From Syntrophobacterales bacterium (lineage in GTDB: Bacteria > Desulfobacterota > Syntrophia > Syntrophales > UBA2210), in contig JAHDRK010000007.1 in NCBI GenBank assembly GCA_018433345.1, positions 20,135 to 84,134 of the forward strand: a stretch of 64,000 nucleotides of DNA, written 5' to 3'. The translations under genes were made by a program, and so were the position numbers. Shown here in pieces: positions 19,377 through 28,147 of the stretch. The stretch's first letter is position 1. Each line of letters begins with the position of its first letter. A model generated the notes under the pieces. It saw nothing but the letters and a program-made list of their open reading frames with translations, did no database searches and was not told where the DNA came from.

Positions 19377-21467
19377 ATGACGGTCAATGAAAATGCCTTT
19401 ACTTCGTGCACGCCCGATCAAACACGGTGCAGGCGGACGCATTGCGTCCCCCTGTTCCTCCTTTTTATTCTACTTGCGGTAAGTTACGCGAACAGCTTCA
19501 AAGGCACGTGGGTGTTCGACGATTACCTCAACATAACGGAAAACACCCGGCTTCACCTCGAAAGCCTCGACTGGGAAAGCATAAAGGGGACCTTCTACGG
19601 AGCCCGAGGGAAAATCAACAGACCTCTCGCTTATCTGAGCTTCGGGATAAATCACTACTTCCACGGCCTCGATGAATTCGGCTATCACCTGGTCAATTTC
19701 ATCGTTCACTGCCTGGCGACGGTCTTTCTCTATCTTTTCATCTTTCGGACACTCCATCTCCCCATGCTGAGAGAGAGATACTCTGACCGTGCAGGGTCCA
19801 TCGCCCTTTTGGCCTCGGCCCTCTGGGCGACAAGCCCCATCCATGTCACGGCGGTCACCGTCATCGTACAGCGCATGGCATCCATGTGCGCCATGTTTTT
19901 CATCATGTCCATGTACTTTTACCTCCTGGGAAGAACCACGCCGGGGCTATACCGCAAGATCGGCTGGTTCGTCCTCTCCGCCGTGTCCGGCGCGGCGGCC
20001 CTGGCGACGAAGGAAAACGCCGTCATGCTTCCCGTGGCGCTTTACATGCTCGACCTGCTGCTCATACAGGGGGCGACGAAAGAGAACCTGAAGCGCCACC
20101 TGCCCTGGCTGGGCGCCATCTTTCTTTTCCTTGTCGTCATGGCCTTCGTCTTCACGAATCCCCTCGCCTACCTGTCGGGGACGGCCTATGAAAACCGGTA
20201 CTTCACCCTCCGGGAGCGGCTTCTCACCCAGCCCAGGATCCTGGTGCATTACCTCTCGCTCATGTTATACCCCATGACGGATCGTTTCGCCCTGGTTCAC
20301 GAGATAGAGATCTCCCGATCCCTCTTGTCTCCCTGGACGACGATCCCGGCCATCCTCTTCTGGGCGGTCTGGACGGCACTGGGGTTGTTCCTGGCGAAGC
20401 GGCGCCCCCTCGCGGCGTTCTGCCTCCTCTTTTTCGTGGTGAACCACCTCACGGAAAGCACCTTCATCCCCTTGGAGCTGGTTTTCGAGCATCGCAACTA
20501 TCTTCCCTCGATGACGCTCTTTCTTCTTGTCGCCGTGGCCGTCATGGCCTTACTTCGCGACTTCAGCGAAAAGCGGCTCATCCGCGGGTTGGCCTGTGCC
20601 ATTATCGTGGTCACCGTCGCGGGCCAGGGGTATTCGGTGATCCAGTACAACATGCTGTTCGAGCACCCCCTGTTCCTCTGGTACCATAACGCCGAAAAGG
20701 CTCCGGGGATGAGCCGTGTACACACCAACCTGGCCCAGGCCTACATCGAGTTGGGCCTGTACGAGGAGGCGAAAAAGGCCTGCCTGGCGTCGATCGAGGC
20801 GAACCGTTATCAAAGGAAAGATCTGCGTTACCCGCCCCTTTTCAATTTGGGATTCTGTTACCTGCAGACGGGTGAACCCCGGAAGGCGATAGAGGCCCTT
20901 GACCGAGCGTACGCCGTCGATCCTTCCCGGTGGCCGGCGGCGCTGGAGATAGCCCGCGCCCTCTACTACCTCGGCGAGTACGAGGACGCCCGCGCGGTGA
21001 TCGAAGAAATCCTCGAAGCGGGGTACGACCATGTGAGGATTCGGTCCCTCCACTGCCTGGTCCTCTTCCGGCTGGAGGAATATGACGCCGCCGCGGAGAG
21101 CGCCCGGAAGGCCGTTGAAGGCGGGGGCGATCCGGCGGCGTACAAGGTCCTGGGTGAAGTTCACGCCATGAAAGGGGAGTACGACGAGGCCGTCGCCATG
21201 TGGGAGACCTTTTCCGAAAAAAGGCCGCGGAGCCTGGAAGCCCAGTTCGCTCTCCTTCGCCTGGGCCGATTGAGGGGCGACGACGGGCTGATGCGCCGGG
21301 CGGCGGTACGCATCCTCTTTCTCAAGTCGGAGGAAAATTTGAGCTGGGAGGATATGTTCGACACCTTCACGGCCGACCCCGACAGGGACAACGTGGTATT
21401 CAGGGGCGATCCCCGGGAAATGAAGCCTCTCGTGGTAAAGGCGGTCAATGAAGCGGTTGTCATGTAA
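19377..21467 (+). CDS. polytopic GT-C-like (PMT/TMTC-like) membrane protein with C-terminal TPR repeats
   Basis: 696 aa. TM1 is followed by SFKGTWVFDDYLNITEN (first-loop acidic motif). About 10 further TM helices, then TPR-like repeats (AQAYIELGLYEEAKKA, LGFCYLQTGEPRKAIEA, etc.). Confidence 0.7.
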   Translation: MTVNENAFTSCTPDQTRCRRTHCVPLFLLFILLAVSYANSFKGTWVFDDYLNITENTRLHLESLDWESIKGTFYGARGKINRPLAYLSFGINHYFHGLDEFGYHLVNFIVHCLATVFLYLFIFRTLHLPMLRERYSDRAGSIALLASALWATSPIHVTAVTVIVQRMASMCAMFFIMSMYFYLLGRTTPGLYRKIGWFVLSAVSGAAALATKENAVMLPVALYMLDLLLIQGATKENLKRHLPWLGAIFLFLVVMAFVFTNPLAYLSGTAYENRYFTLRERLLTQPRILVHYLSLMLYPMTDRFALVHEIEISRSLLSPWTTIPAILFWAVWTALGLFLAKRRPLAAFCLLFFVVNHLTESTFIPLELVFEHRNYLPSMTLFLLVAVAVMALLRDFSEKRLIRGLACAIIVVTVAGQGYSVIQYNMLFEHPLFLWYHNAEKAPGMSRVHTNLAQAYIELGLYEEAKKACLASIEANRYQRKDLRYPPLFNLGFCYLQTGEPRKAIEALDRAYAVDPSRWPAALEIARALYYLGEYEDARAVIEEILEAGYDHVRIRSLHCLVLFRLEEYDAAAESARKAVEGGGDPAAYKVLGEVHAMKGEYDEAVAMWETFSEKRPRSLEAQFALLRLGRLRGDDGLMRRAAVRILFLKSEENLSWEDMFDTFTADPDRDNVVFRGDPREMKPLVVKAVNEAVVM

Positions 21468-21489
21468 AAAAGGCCCTGATCCCGGTGGC

Positions 21490-21903
21490 TCATTCCCCGG
21501 GACGCGTAAACCCGCCCGTTACGTCTCTCGGAACGTTCCGGTGGGTCGCGGTGATCACGATACGCGTCGCTCCGGCGTCCCGGCAGACAAGGCTCGCGTC
21601 GGCAAGCCACCCCTCGCGCGACACCCTTTCGCAGGCGCCGGTGACGTCCGCGACCACCGCCGCCCAGGCGGCGGAGGTGTCTCCCCCTTCCTGCAGGAGG
21701 GCCCTTGCGTATTCCGATGCGAGCTGGGATTGTGCGGCGGCCGCGAGAGCCTGGAGGCCTTCCTCCCTCGCCCGCTCCTGGATGCCGAGAAAGCGTGGGA
21801 CGGCCATGGCCGTCAGTATGCCCAGGAGGACGAGAACGGCGATTATTTCGATGAGGGTAAAGCCCGAACCGCCGGGCGGCCCGGGTGCGCCCCTTTTAAT
21901 CAT
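21490..21903 (-). CDS. type IV pilin / pseudopilin family protein (paralogue 1)
   Basis: Prepilin signature G|FTLIEIIAVLVLLGIL with E at +5. 137 aa. Two Cys residues in the C-terminal half. Confidence 0.8.
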   Translation of the reverse strand: MIKRGAPGPPGGSGFTLIEIIAVLVLLGILTAMAVPRFLGIQERAREEGLQALAAAAQSQLASEYARALLQEGGDTSAAWAAVVADVTGACERVSREGWLADASLVCRDAGATRIVITATHRNVPRDVTGGFTRPGE

Positions 21904-21970
21904 GGCTTGCCGATCATTGAGTGATAATAAGTCGGGGAGGGGGGCGGATTCGGCGGTCGGTTCGGAGACG

Positions 21971-22008
21971 CCTTCCCGGACGGCGAGGGGAGAGGCCGTC
22001 CGGGAAGG
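21971..22008. other. perfect 14-bp GC-rich hairpin between the two pilin genes
   Basis: CCTTCCCGGACGGC-N10-GCCGTCCGGGAAGG. No U-run follows in the minus-strand (pilin) sense, so it is likely an RNA stability, processing or attenuation element rather than a classical terminator. Confidence 0.6.
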
Positions 22009-22062
22009 TCTATTTGTTGGTTCGCGGTTTCGGTGCCGGTGCTTGGATCACTGCTTGTTCCA

Positions 22063-22473
22063 CTAGTCTTTAGCCGGATTGGTGAAGGTGCCGGAAGCGG
22101 TGATAGCAGTATTCTTTTTCCATGTGGCAGTGATCTTTACTGCGTTGTTACCGGACGGCACGCATTCCAATGTGGCATCGGTCGCCAGCCAGCCGTCGGC
22201 AGAGACCTTTTCGCACATCTCCTTGGCGGCTGAACCCGATATTGCATTCCATGCCGCCGAAGCGTCCCCGCCTTCTTCGAGGAGTAGCCGTGAATACTCC
22301 ATGGAAAGTTGGCTCTGGGCCGCGGACACCAGGGTGCGGAGGCCTTCTTCGCGGGCCTTTTCCTGCATCCCGATAAACCTGGGGATCGCCACCGCCGCCA
22401 GTATGCCCAGGAGCACGAGGACCGCGATGATTTCGATGAGTGTAAAACCTTTCTGATCGCCTTTCTTCAACAT
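22063..22473 (-). CDS. type IV pilin / pseudopilin family protein (paralogue 2)
   Basis: MLKKGDQKG|FTLIEIIAVLVLLGILAAVAIPRF. 136 aa. Cys pair MCEKV...LECVP. GGAGATAG lies upstream of the ATG. Confidence 0.85.
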   Translation of the reverse strand: MLKKGDQKGFTLIEIIAVLVLLGILAAVAIPRFIGMQEKAREEGLRTLVSAAQSQLSMEYSRLLLEEGGDASAAWNAISGSAAKEMCEKVSADGWLATDATLECVPSGNNAVKITATWKKNTAITASGTFTNPAKD

Positions 22474-22946
22474 AGCCTATCTCCTTTTCGAGTGTGGATC
22501 GGGGTTGCGCCCCGCGTGTCTTTGCCTGTGTTGCCTCTGAAGAAGCGGAAGGTGGGATTCCTTTGCCCGTCCTCCTCCCGCGGCCTTTGCCCTCCTTTTT
22601 TTTGCCGCCTATCGCCGGGTGGTGTAATCGCGTGAGGTGTAAGTTATGATCGGTGTCGTATATCTAACAAATAATATCGGAAGTCAACCGAAAAAATTAA
22701 ATAAAAAATAAAAAAGGCGAGGGGCGAGGGCGGTATATATCCACCGTTCGTCCCGGGCCCTTCGACGAGCACGGCGCGAACGGTGATGGAAGAGATTTTT
22801 TTGTGACTCGGATTGATGTTGAAGATCGGCGGAGTTTCGTGATATAAGACGTTTCGTAATTTTGAATCACGCGAGTGACGGCACGTCGGAGGGGTTTTGA
22901 GGTCGACCGCTCGCTGAAACCACAGTAAGCGGGGAGGTAAAATGTG

Positions 22947-23525
22947 ATGAATAGAAAATGGCGTCTTTCGCTGTTGTTGATTTTTGCGGCCTTTTCCATG
23001 GCGCTCGTCGCGGGTGGTTGCGCCGGACACAGGGAGGCAACGGTTCGGGAGGTCTCCGTTTCCAAGGATTCAGAGGCGCGCGGGGATGTCACGGCGCTCG
23101 ACCGGGCGTCCAAGATAGAGGAACAGACGCTGGAAGCGGCGGAGGGGGAACGCCTGCGGCGGGAACGGGCCGTCAAAGAGGCGAAGATGTTCGAGGCCAA
23201 GCCCATTCATTTTCACTTCGACCGCCATGACCTCACTCCCGAAGCCAGGGCCGTCCTGGACGAGCTTGGCGCCTGGCTGCGGGAAAACAAGGATTTCGAG
23301 CTTCTCATAGAGGGACACTGCGACAACCGTGGAAGCCCTGAATACAACCTGGCCCTCGGAGAACGCCGCGCGGAATCGGCGAAGGAATACCTTGTCAATC
23401 TGGGTGTCGAGCCCGGAAGGATCAGGACAATAAGCTACGGTCTCGAACGGCCGGTGGATCCCCGGAACAACGAAGAGGCCTGGGCGAAGAACAGGCGCGA
23501 CGAATTCAGAATCACTCCCCGGTAG
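22947..23525 (+). CDS. pal: peptidoglycan-associated lipoprotein (OmpA-C family)
   Basis: Lipobox LVAGG|C. OmpA-like motifs HCDNRGSPEYNLALGERRA and NRRDEF. Confidence 0.85.
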   Translation: MNRKWRLSLLLIFAAFSMALVAGGCAGHREATVREVSVSKDSEARGDVTALDRASKIEEQTLEAAEGERLRRERAVKEAKMFEAKPIHFHFDRHDLTPEARAVLDELGAWLRENKDFELLIEGHCDNRGSPEYNLALGERRAESAKEYLVNLGVEPGRIRTISYGLERPVDPRNNEEAWAKNRRDEFRITPR

Positions 23526-23556
23526 GTAGTAAGGGAACGGGTGATGACTTGGCAGT

Positions 23557-23592
23557 GACGGGGGCGGCTGTCGGCGCCCCCGTCTTTATTTT
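23557..23592 (+). terminator. rho-independent terminator of pal
   Basis: GACGGGGGCG-N8-CGCCCCCGTC followed by TTTATTTT. Confidence 0.75.
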
Positions 23593-23636
23593 CGGAGGCG
23601 GCACGTTATAGGCGACGACGGGCGACACCCGGGTTT

Positions 23637-24365
23637 TTACCATCCGCGCGTCTCGGCGGCGGGGACGAATCGGCGGACGCGCGCCAGGATGTGCCGGATC
23701 TCTTCCGGCTCGTAGTCTTGCCCGCCCATGAAGGATGGATCGAGTGTTTTTTCCATTCCCATTTTCTGCAGGAAGTACCGCCCGGCGCCCTCGACGGTTC
23801 GGGACGTTTCCTCCAGTGCGTCGGGCGAAAGCAGGGATCTCGCCACTGTGGTACGAAACTCGTAGTCCGGGGCCTCGTTCATGATGATCTCGATGCTCCG
23901 GCGTATTGTCGCCGGGTCCACGGCGACTCCCGCGAGGGACTCGTAACGGTCGAGCGGTCCTTTGACATCCATGGCAATGTAGTCCACGAGCCTTTCATCA
24001 AGCAGTCGCCGGAGCATGTCGGGGTGCGACCCGTTGGTGTCGATCTTGAGGAGAAATCCCATGTCTTTTACCGCCCTTGCGAAGGAAAGGAGACCCTCGC
24101 CCTGTATCGTCGGTTCACCGCCCGTGATGGTGAGGGCGTCGAGTTTGCCCCTCCTGGTTTCGAGAAAATCCAGGACGGCTCCGGGGACGAAATCGTCCTC
24201 GACGGTTTCGGGGGCAACGGGGGCGGCGAGTTCCGGGTTGTGACACCAGGGGCAGCGAAAGGTGCACCCCCTGGTGAAGAGGGTGGCGCATAGGGCGCCT
24301 GGATAGTCTATCAGGGAAAATCTCTGGAGATACGCTAGGCGCATAACCATCGGTGCGGGACCCAT
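23637..24365 (-). CDS. nrdG: anaerobic ribonucleoside-triphosphate reductase activating protein (radical SAM)
   Basis: CTFRCPWCHNPE cluster motif and GGEPT. Lies 12 nt downstream of nrdD. Confidence 0.9.
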   Translation of the reverse strand: MGPAPMVMRLAYLQRFSLIDYPGALCATLFTRGCTFRCPWCHNPELAAPVAPETVEDDFVPGAVLDFLETRRGKLDALTITGGEPTIQGEGLLSFARAVKDMGFLLKIDTNGSHPDMLRRLLDERLVDYIAMDVKGPLDRYESLAGVAVDPATIRRSIEIIMNEAPDYEFRTTVARSLLSPDALEETSRTVEGAGRYFLQKMGMEKTLDPSFMGGQDYEPEEIRHILARVRRFVPAAETRGW

Positions 24366-24377
24366 GGTAAACGTCCC

Positions 24378-26504
24378 CTATCGAGGAATTTCAAAGGGCT
24401 TTCTCATGGCGAATTCGGCCTGCTTGCCCTTGTTCCATTGCCGAACCGGCCGCAGGTATCCCACGACCCGGGAGTATACTTCGCAGTCTTCCCCGCAGGT
24501 GGGGCATCTCTCCTCTTTGCCCGCCAGGTATCCGTGATTCACGCAGACGCTGAAAGTCGGCGAAAAGGTGAAGTAGGGCAGGCGGTAGTTGGTACATATC
24601 TTTCGGACCAGCGATTTTACGGCACGGGGATCCTCCGTCCGTTCTCCGGCGAATATATGGAATACCGTGCCGCCGGTATAGCGGGTTTGAATCTCATCCT
24701 GGAGATCCAGGGCCTCGAAGATATCGTCGGTGTAGTTGACAGGCAGTTGCGTGGAATTTGTGTAGAAAACTTCCCGTTCCAGGAGGGCGCCCCGTGATCC
24801 CGTGGAGCGACGGGATCCCTTTCCATTCCCGTTGGCGAATATGATGTCGGGATATTTTTCCCTGTCGATCCTGGCCAGGCCGTATGATGTTCCCTCGGCC
24901 GGCGTCGCCTCTAGGTTGAAGTTGTCGCCCGTTTCTTCCTGGAAGTCGGACAGGCGGTTTCTCATGAAGTCCAGCACGCGGATGGCGAATTCCCTCCCTC
25001 TCGGCTCCGCGATGATTTCACCGATAAAGTTCAGGCAGGCTTCGTTCATGCCCACCAGGCCTATGGTGGAGAAGTGGTTTTTCCAGTATTCCCCGAAGCG
25101 CTCCTTGATGCCCGAGAGGTAGTGTTTCGTATAGGGATAGAGGTTTCCCTCGGTAAAGGATTCGAGGACCTTGCGCTTGGTCTCCAGGCTTTCCTTGGCC
25201 ATTACCATGAGGCGGTCGAGCCTTCCCATGAATTCAGACTCGCTCTTCGACAGGTAGCCGATGCGGGGCATGTTTATGGTTATGACGCCGATCGAGCCGG
25301 TCAGGGGGTTGGATCCGAACAGGCCGCCGCCCCTGATTTCCAATTCGCGGTTGTCTATCCGCAGCCGGCAGCACATGCTCCGGGCGTCTTCCGGTTTCAT
25401 GTCCGAGTTGATAAAGTTGGAGAAATAGGGGACGCCGTACTTGGCGGTCATTTCCCACAGGTACTCGAGATTCTCGTCGTCCCATTCGAAATCTTTCGTT
25501 ATGTTGTAAGTGGGAATGGGGAAGGTGAACACACGCCCCCTGGCGTCTCCTTCCGCCATCACCTCGAGGAAAGCGCGGTTGAAGAGGTTCATTTCGTTCT
25601 GGAATTCGCCGTAAGTTTCTTTTTGTGGTTTTCCGCCGACGATGACGTTCCGGTCCGTGTACACGGCGGGGACACGGACATCGAGCGTAATGTTGGTGAA
25701 GGGTGTCTGGAACCCCACGCGGGTGGGTACGTTGATATTGAAGATGAATTCTTGCAGGGCCTGGCGGACCTCGGTGTAATCCAGGCCGTCGTACCTGATG
25801 AACGGCGCCAGCAGGGTGTCGAAGTTTGAAAACGCCTGGGCCCCGGCCGCCTCGCCCTGGAGGGTGTAGAAGAAGTTGACCACTTGGCCGAGGGCGCTCC
25901 GGAGGTGCTTCGCGGGACGACTCTCCACCTTTCCCGATGCGCCCTTGAATCCTTCCAGGAGAAGGTCGTATAGATCCCATCCGACACAATATACCGAGAG
26001 AAGACTGAGGTCGTGGATGTGAAAGTCACCGCTTGTTTGGGCCTGCTTTATTTCGGGTGTATAAATCTTGTTGAGCCAGTAAACCTTGCTCACCTCTGAT
26101 GAAATATAGTTGTTGAGGCCCTGGAGAGAAAAATCCATATTGCTGTTTTCGTTGATTTTCCAGTCGATCTTTTTCAGGTACCGGTCCACCAGGTCAACCT
26201 CCATGGTATTGGCGATTTCCCGGAGCCTGGCGTGCTGGTCGCGGTAAATGATATAGGCCTTCGCCGTCCGCCGGTAGGAGGTGGAAAGAAGGACCTCTTC
26301 CACGATGTCCTGTATGGCTTCCACGTCCATGGCGTTTCCATCGAAGAGCTTTTCGGCAAGGTTAAGTACCCGTATGGTGAGCTGTCGCGCCGTCCTGTAG
26401 TCGAATTCCCCGGTGGCCGCGCCAGCCTTGGCGATGGCGGCGGTGATCTTCTCCGCGTCGAAAGGTACCTCGCGCCCGTCACGCTTCCTGACAGTTGTAC
26501 GCAT
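24378..26504 (-). CDS. nrdD: anaerobic ribonucleoside-triphosphate reductase (class III)
   Basis: N-terminal ATP-cone VRKRDGREVPFDAEKI. C-terminal zinc ribbon CPTCGEDC and glycyl-radical motif SRVVGY. The ATG at 26504 is preceded by AGGTGGGGG. Confidence 0.92.
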   Translation of the reverse strand: MRTTVRKRDGREVPFDAEKITAAIAKAGAATGEFDYRTARQLTIRVLNLAEKLFDGNAMDVEAIQDIVEEVLLSTSYRRTAKAYIIYRDQHARLREIANTMEVDLVDRYLKKIDWKINENSNMDFSLQGLNNYISSEVSKVYWLNKIYTPEIKQAQTSGDFHIHDLSLLSVYCVGWDLYDLLLEGFKGASGKVESRPAKHLRSALGQVVNFFYTLQGEAAGAQAFSNFDTLLAPFIRYDGLDYTEVRQALQEFIFNINVPTRVGFQTPFTNITLDVRVPAVYTDRNVIVGGKPQKETYGEFQNEMNLFNRAFLEVMAEGDARGRVFTFPIPTYNITKDFEWDDENLEYLWEMTAKYGVPYFSNFINSDMKPEDARSMCCRLRIDNRELEIRGGGLFGSNPLTGSIGVITINMPRIGYLSKSESEFMGRLDRLMVMAKESLETKRKVLESFTEGNLYPYTKHYLSGIKERFGEYWKNHFSTIGLVGMNEACLNFIGEIIAEPRGREFAIRVLDFMRNRLSDFQEETGDNFNLEATPAEGTSYGLARIDREKYPDIIFANGNGKGSRRSTGSRGALLEREVFYTNSTQLPVNYTDDIFEALDLQDEIQTRYTGGTVFHIFAGERTEDPRAVKSLVRKICTNYRLPYFTFSPTFSVCVNHGYLAGKEERCPTCGEDCEVYSRVVGYLRPVRQWNKGKQAEFAMRKPFEIPR

Positions 26505-26536
26505 GAAATGTGCCCCCACCTTGAATGAATGTTATC

Positions 26537-26552
26537 ATACTATATATTGTGT
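26537..26552. promoter_or_regulatory. NrdR box 1 (ATACTATATATTGTGT)
   Basis: 14 of 16 matches to the palindromic consensus ACACTATATATAGTGT. Lies just downstream of the predicted -10 of nrdD. Confidence 0.7.
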
Positions 26553-26555
26553 AGA

Positions 26556-26584
26556 ATGATAAAACCGACACTATATATAGTCAA
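26556..26584 (-). promoter_or_regulatory. candidate nrdD sigma70 promoter (-35 TTGACT, 17 nt, -10 TATCAT)
   Basis: Read on the minus strand. Overlapped by NrdR box 2. Confidence 0.5.
26568..26583. promoter_or_regulatory. NrdR box 2 (ACACTATATATAGTCA)
   Basis: 14 of 16 matches to the NrdR consensus. Starts 31 nt from the start of box 1, which is the typical tandem spacing. Confidence 0.7.
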
Positions 26585-26623
26585 GTAAAAAGTGTGTGAG
26601 CGGGACGGGGCGATGTTCCTTGC

Positions 26624-26652
26624 TTGACACCCCCTGTTAATCCGTGTAGGAT
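26624..26652 (+). promoter_or_regulatory. candidate sigma70 promoter for the carboxylase operon (-35 TTGACA, 17 nt, -10 TAGGAT)
   Basis: Motif and spacing read directly. Lies 38 nt upstream of the ATG at 26690. Confidence 0.45.
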
Positions 26653-26689
26653 TCCGCATTCGAAAATTAGAATAAACGAGCGTATATTT

Positions 26690-28147
26690 ATGACAAAAAA
26701 GAGAGATATAAAGAAGATCCTGGTCGCGAATCGAGGGGAAATCGCCCTCCGGATCATTCGCACCGTGAAGGAACTCGGCCTCGCAGCCGTGGCTGTATAC
26801 GAAAAACCGGATTCCAACGCCCTTTTTATACGTTTTGCCGATCAAGCCGTCCTTATCGGGGAAGGTCCACGGAAAGACTACCTCGACATAGAACGTATTC
26901 TTTGGGCGGCACGGGTGTGCGGTGCCGACGCGATCCATCCGGGCTACGGCTTTCTTTCGGAGAACCCTGATTTTCCCGAGGCGTGCGAAAAGGCGGGCCT
27001 TGTTTTCATAGGGCCGCCGTCGGATGTCATGAGAACCCTCGGCGACAAGGTGGTGGCGCGGCGGATCATGGAAGAGGCCGGACTCCCTTCCATTCCCGGA
27101 ATGGACGATATCCCGCCCGGGGAAGAGGGACTAAAAGATGCCATGGCCTTTGCCTCGTCCCAAGGGTATCCTCTCATGTTAAAGGCCTCTTCCGGCGGCG
27201 GAGGGCGTGGGATTAGGAAAATTTCGAACGACAAGGAACTGGCGGCCCAGATACCGAGCGCCCGTGCGGAGGCGAAAAGCGCTTTTAACGATGATCGGTT
27301 GTATCTTGAAAAATGCATCACTTCGCCGCGTCACGTGGAAGTCCAGGTCCTGGCCGATCACCACGGAACGGTCATGCACCTGGGCAGCCGGGACTGTTCG
27401 ATTCAGAGGCGCCACCAAAAGCTGTTGGAGATAGCACCCGCCGATCTTCCGCCGGATGTCCACGAGCAAATCTGTCAGGCGGCGGTGGTTGGCGCTCAAA
27501 AGGCGGGTTACCGCAACGCCGGTACCGTTGAATTCCTGGTGGACTCGCGTACGAATGAATTCTGGTTCATGGAAATGAACACCCGCCTCCAGGTGGAACA
27601 CACGGTGACGGAAGTGCTGACCGGCGTGGATATCGTGAGGGAACAGATCAATATAGCCGGAGGGGCGCCGCTGGATCTTTCCAACGTTCCCTATGACAAT
27701 CTGGGCAAGGCGATACAGGTTCGAATAAACGCGGAGGATCCGAAAAACAATTTCATGCCCGAGGGCGGCAAAGTGGTGGAAGTTTACCAGTCTCCCGGCG
27801 GTCCGGGCATACGCCTCGACGGTATGGGGTACCAGGGGTACAGGGTGCCCACGGAATACGACTCCCTCCTCGTTAAAATGACCGTTCGTGGTTACAACTG
27901 GGAACAAGCCGTACAGAGACTGCGGCGCGCCTTGAATGATTTTCTCGTTGTGGGGCCTAAAACGACCATCCCCTTTTACCTGTCAATCTGCGAAGAACCG
28001 GATTTCAAGAGGGGGGTGTTCGATACCTCTTACTTGGAAACGCACCCGGAGATATTCGACTACCCGGAAAGGGAACGGGAAATAGCGAAGCTGTCCCGGT
28101 TGATAGCCGAGATTCACGCAAAAAAGATCAATCCCTACGCCTATTGA
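26690..28147 (+). CDS. biotin carboxylase subunit (pyruvate/2-oxoglutarate carboxylase subunit A type)
   Basis: KKILVANRGEIALRIIRT, ATP-grasp GGGGRGIR, and EMNTRLQVEHTVTE. No BCCP or AccA/D genes nearby. Coupled to the next gene (TGATG). Confidence 0.9.
   Translation: MTKKRDIKKILVANRGEIALRIIRTVKELGLAAVAVYEKPDSNALFIRFADQAVLIGEGPRKDYLDIERILWAARVCGADAIHPGYGFLSENPDFPEACEKAGLVFIGPPSDVMRTLGDKVVARRIMEEAGLPSIPGMDDIPPGEEGLKDAMAFASSQGYPLMLKASSGGGGRGIRKISNDKELAAQIPSARAEAKSAFNDDRLYLEKCITSPRHVEVQVLADHHGTVMHLGSRDCSIQRRHQKLLEIAPADLPPDVHEQICQAAVVGAQKAGYRNAGTVEFLVDSRTNEFWFMEMNTRLQVEHTVTEVLTGVDIVREQINIAGGAPLDLSNVPYDNLGKAIQVRINAEDPKNNFMPEGGKVVEVYQSPGGPGIRLDGMGYQGYRVPTEYDSLLVKMTVRGYNWEQAVQRLRRALNDFLVVGPKTTIPFYLSICEEPDFKRGVFDTSYLETHPEIFDYPEREREIAKLSRLIAEIHAKKINPYAY

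Noticed and set aside
22474-22640. A sigma54 (-24/-12) promoter upstream of the pilin genes.
   Set aside because: There is no TGGCAC-N5-TTGC match. The closest candidate (GGCAAC-N4-GGCAAA on the minus strand) has the wrong spacing.
22752-22795. The inverted repeat CACCGTTCG-N26-CGAACGGTG upstream of pal, next to an A/T-rich tract.
   Set aside because: The loop is long, there is no recognisable operator consensus, and it could arise by chance. Not enough evidence to call a site.
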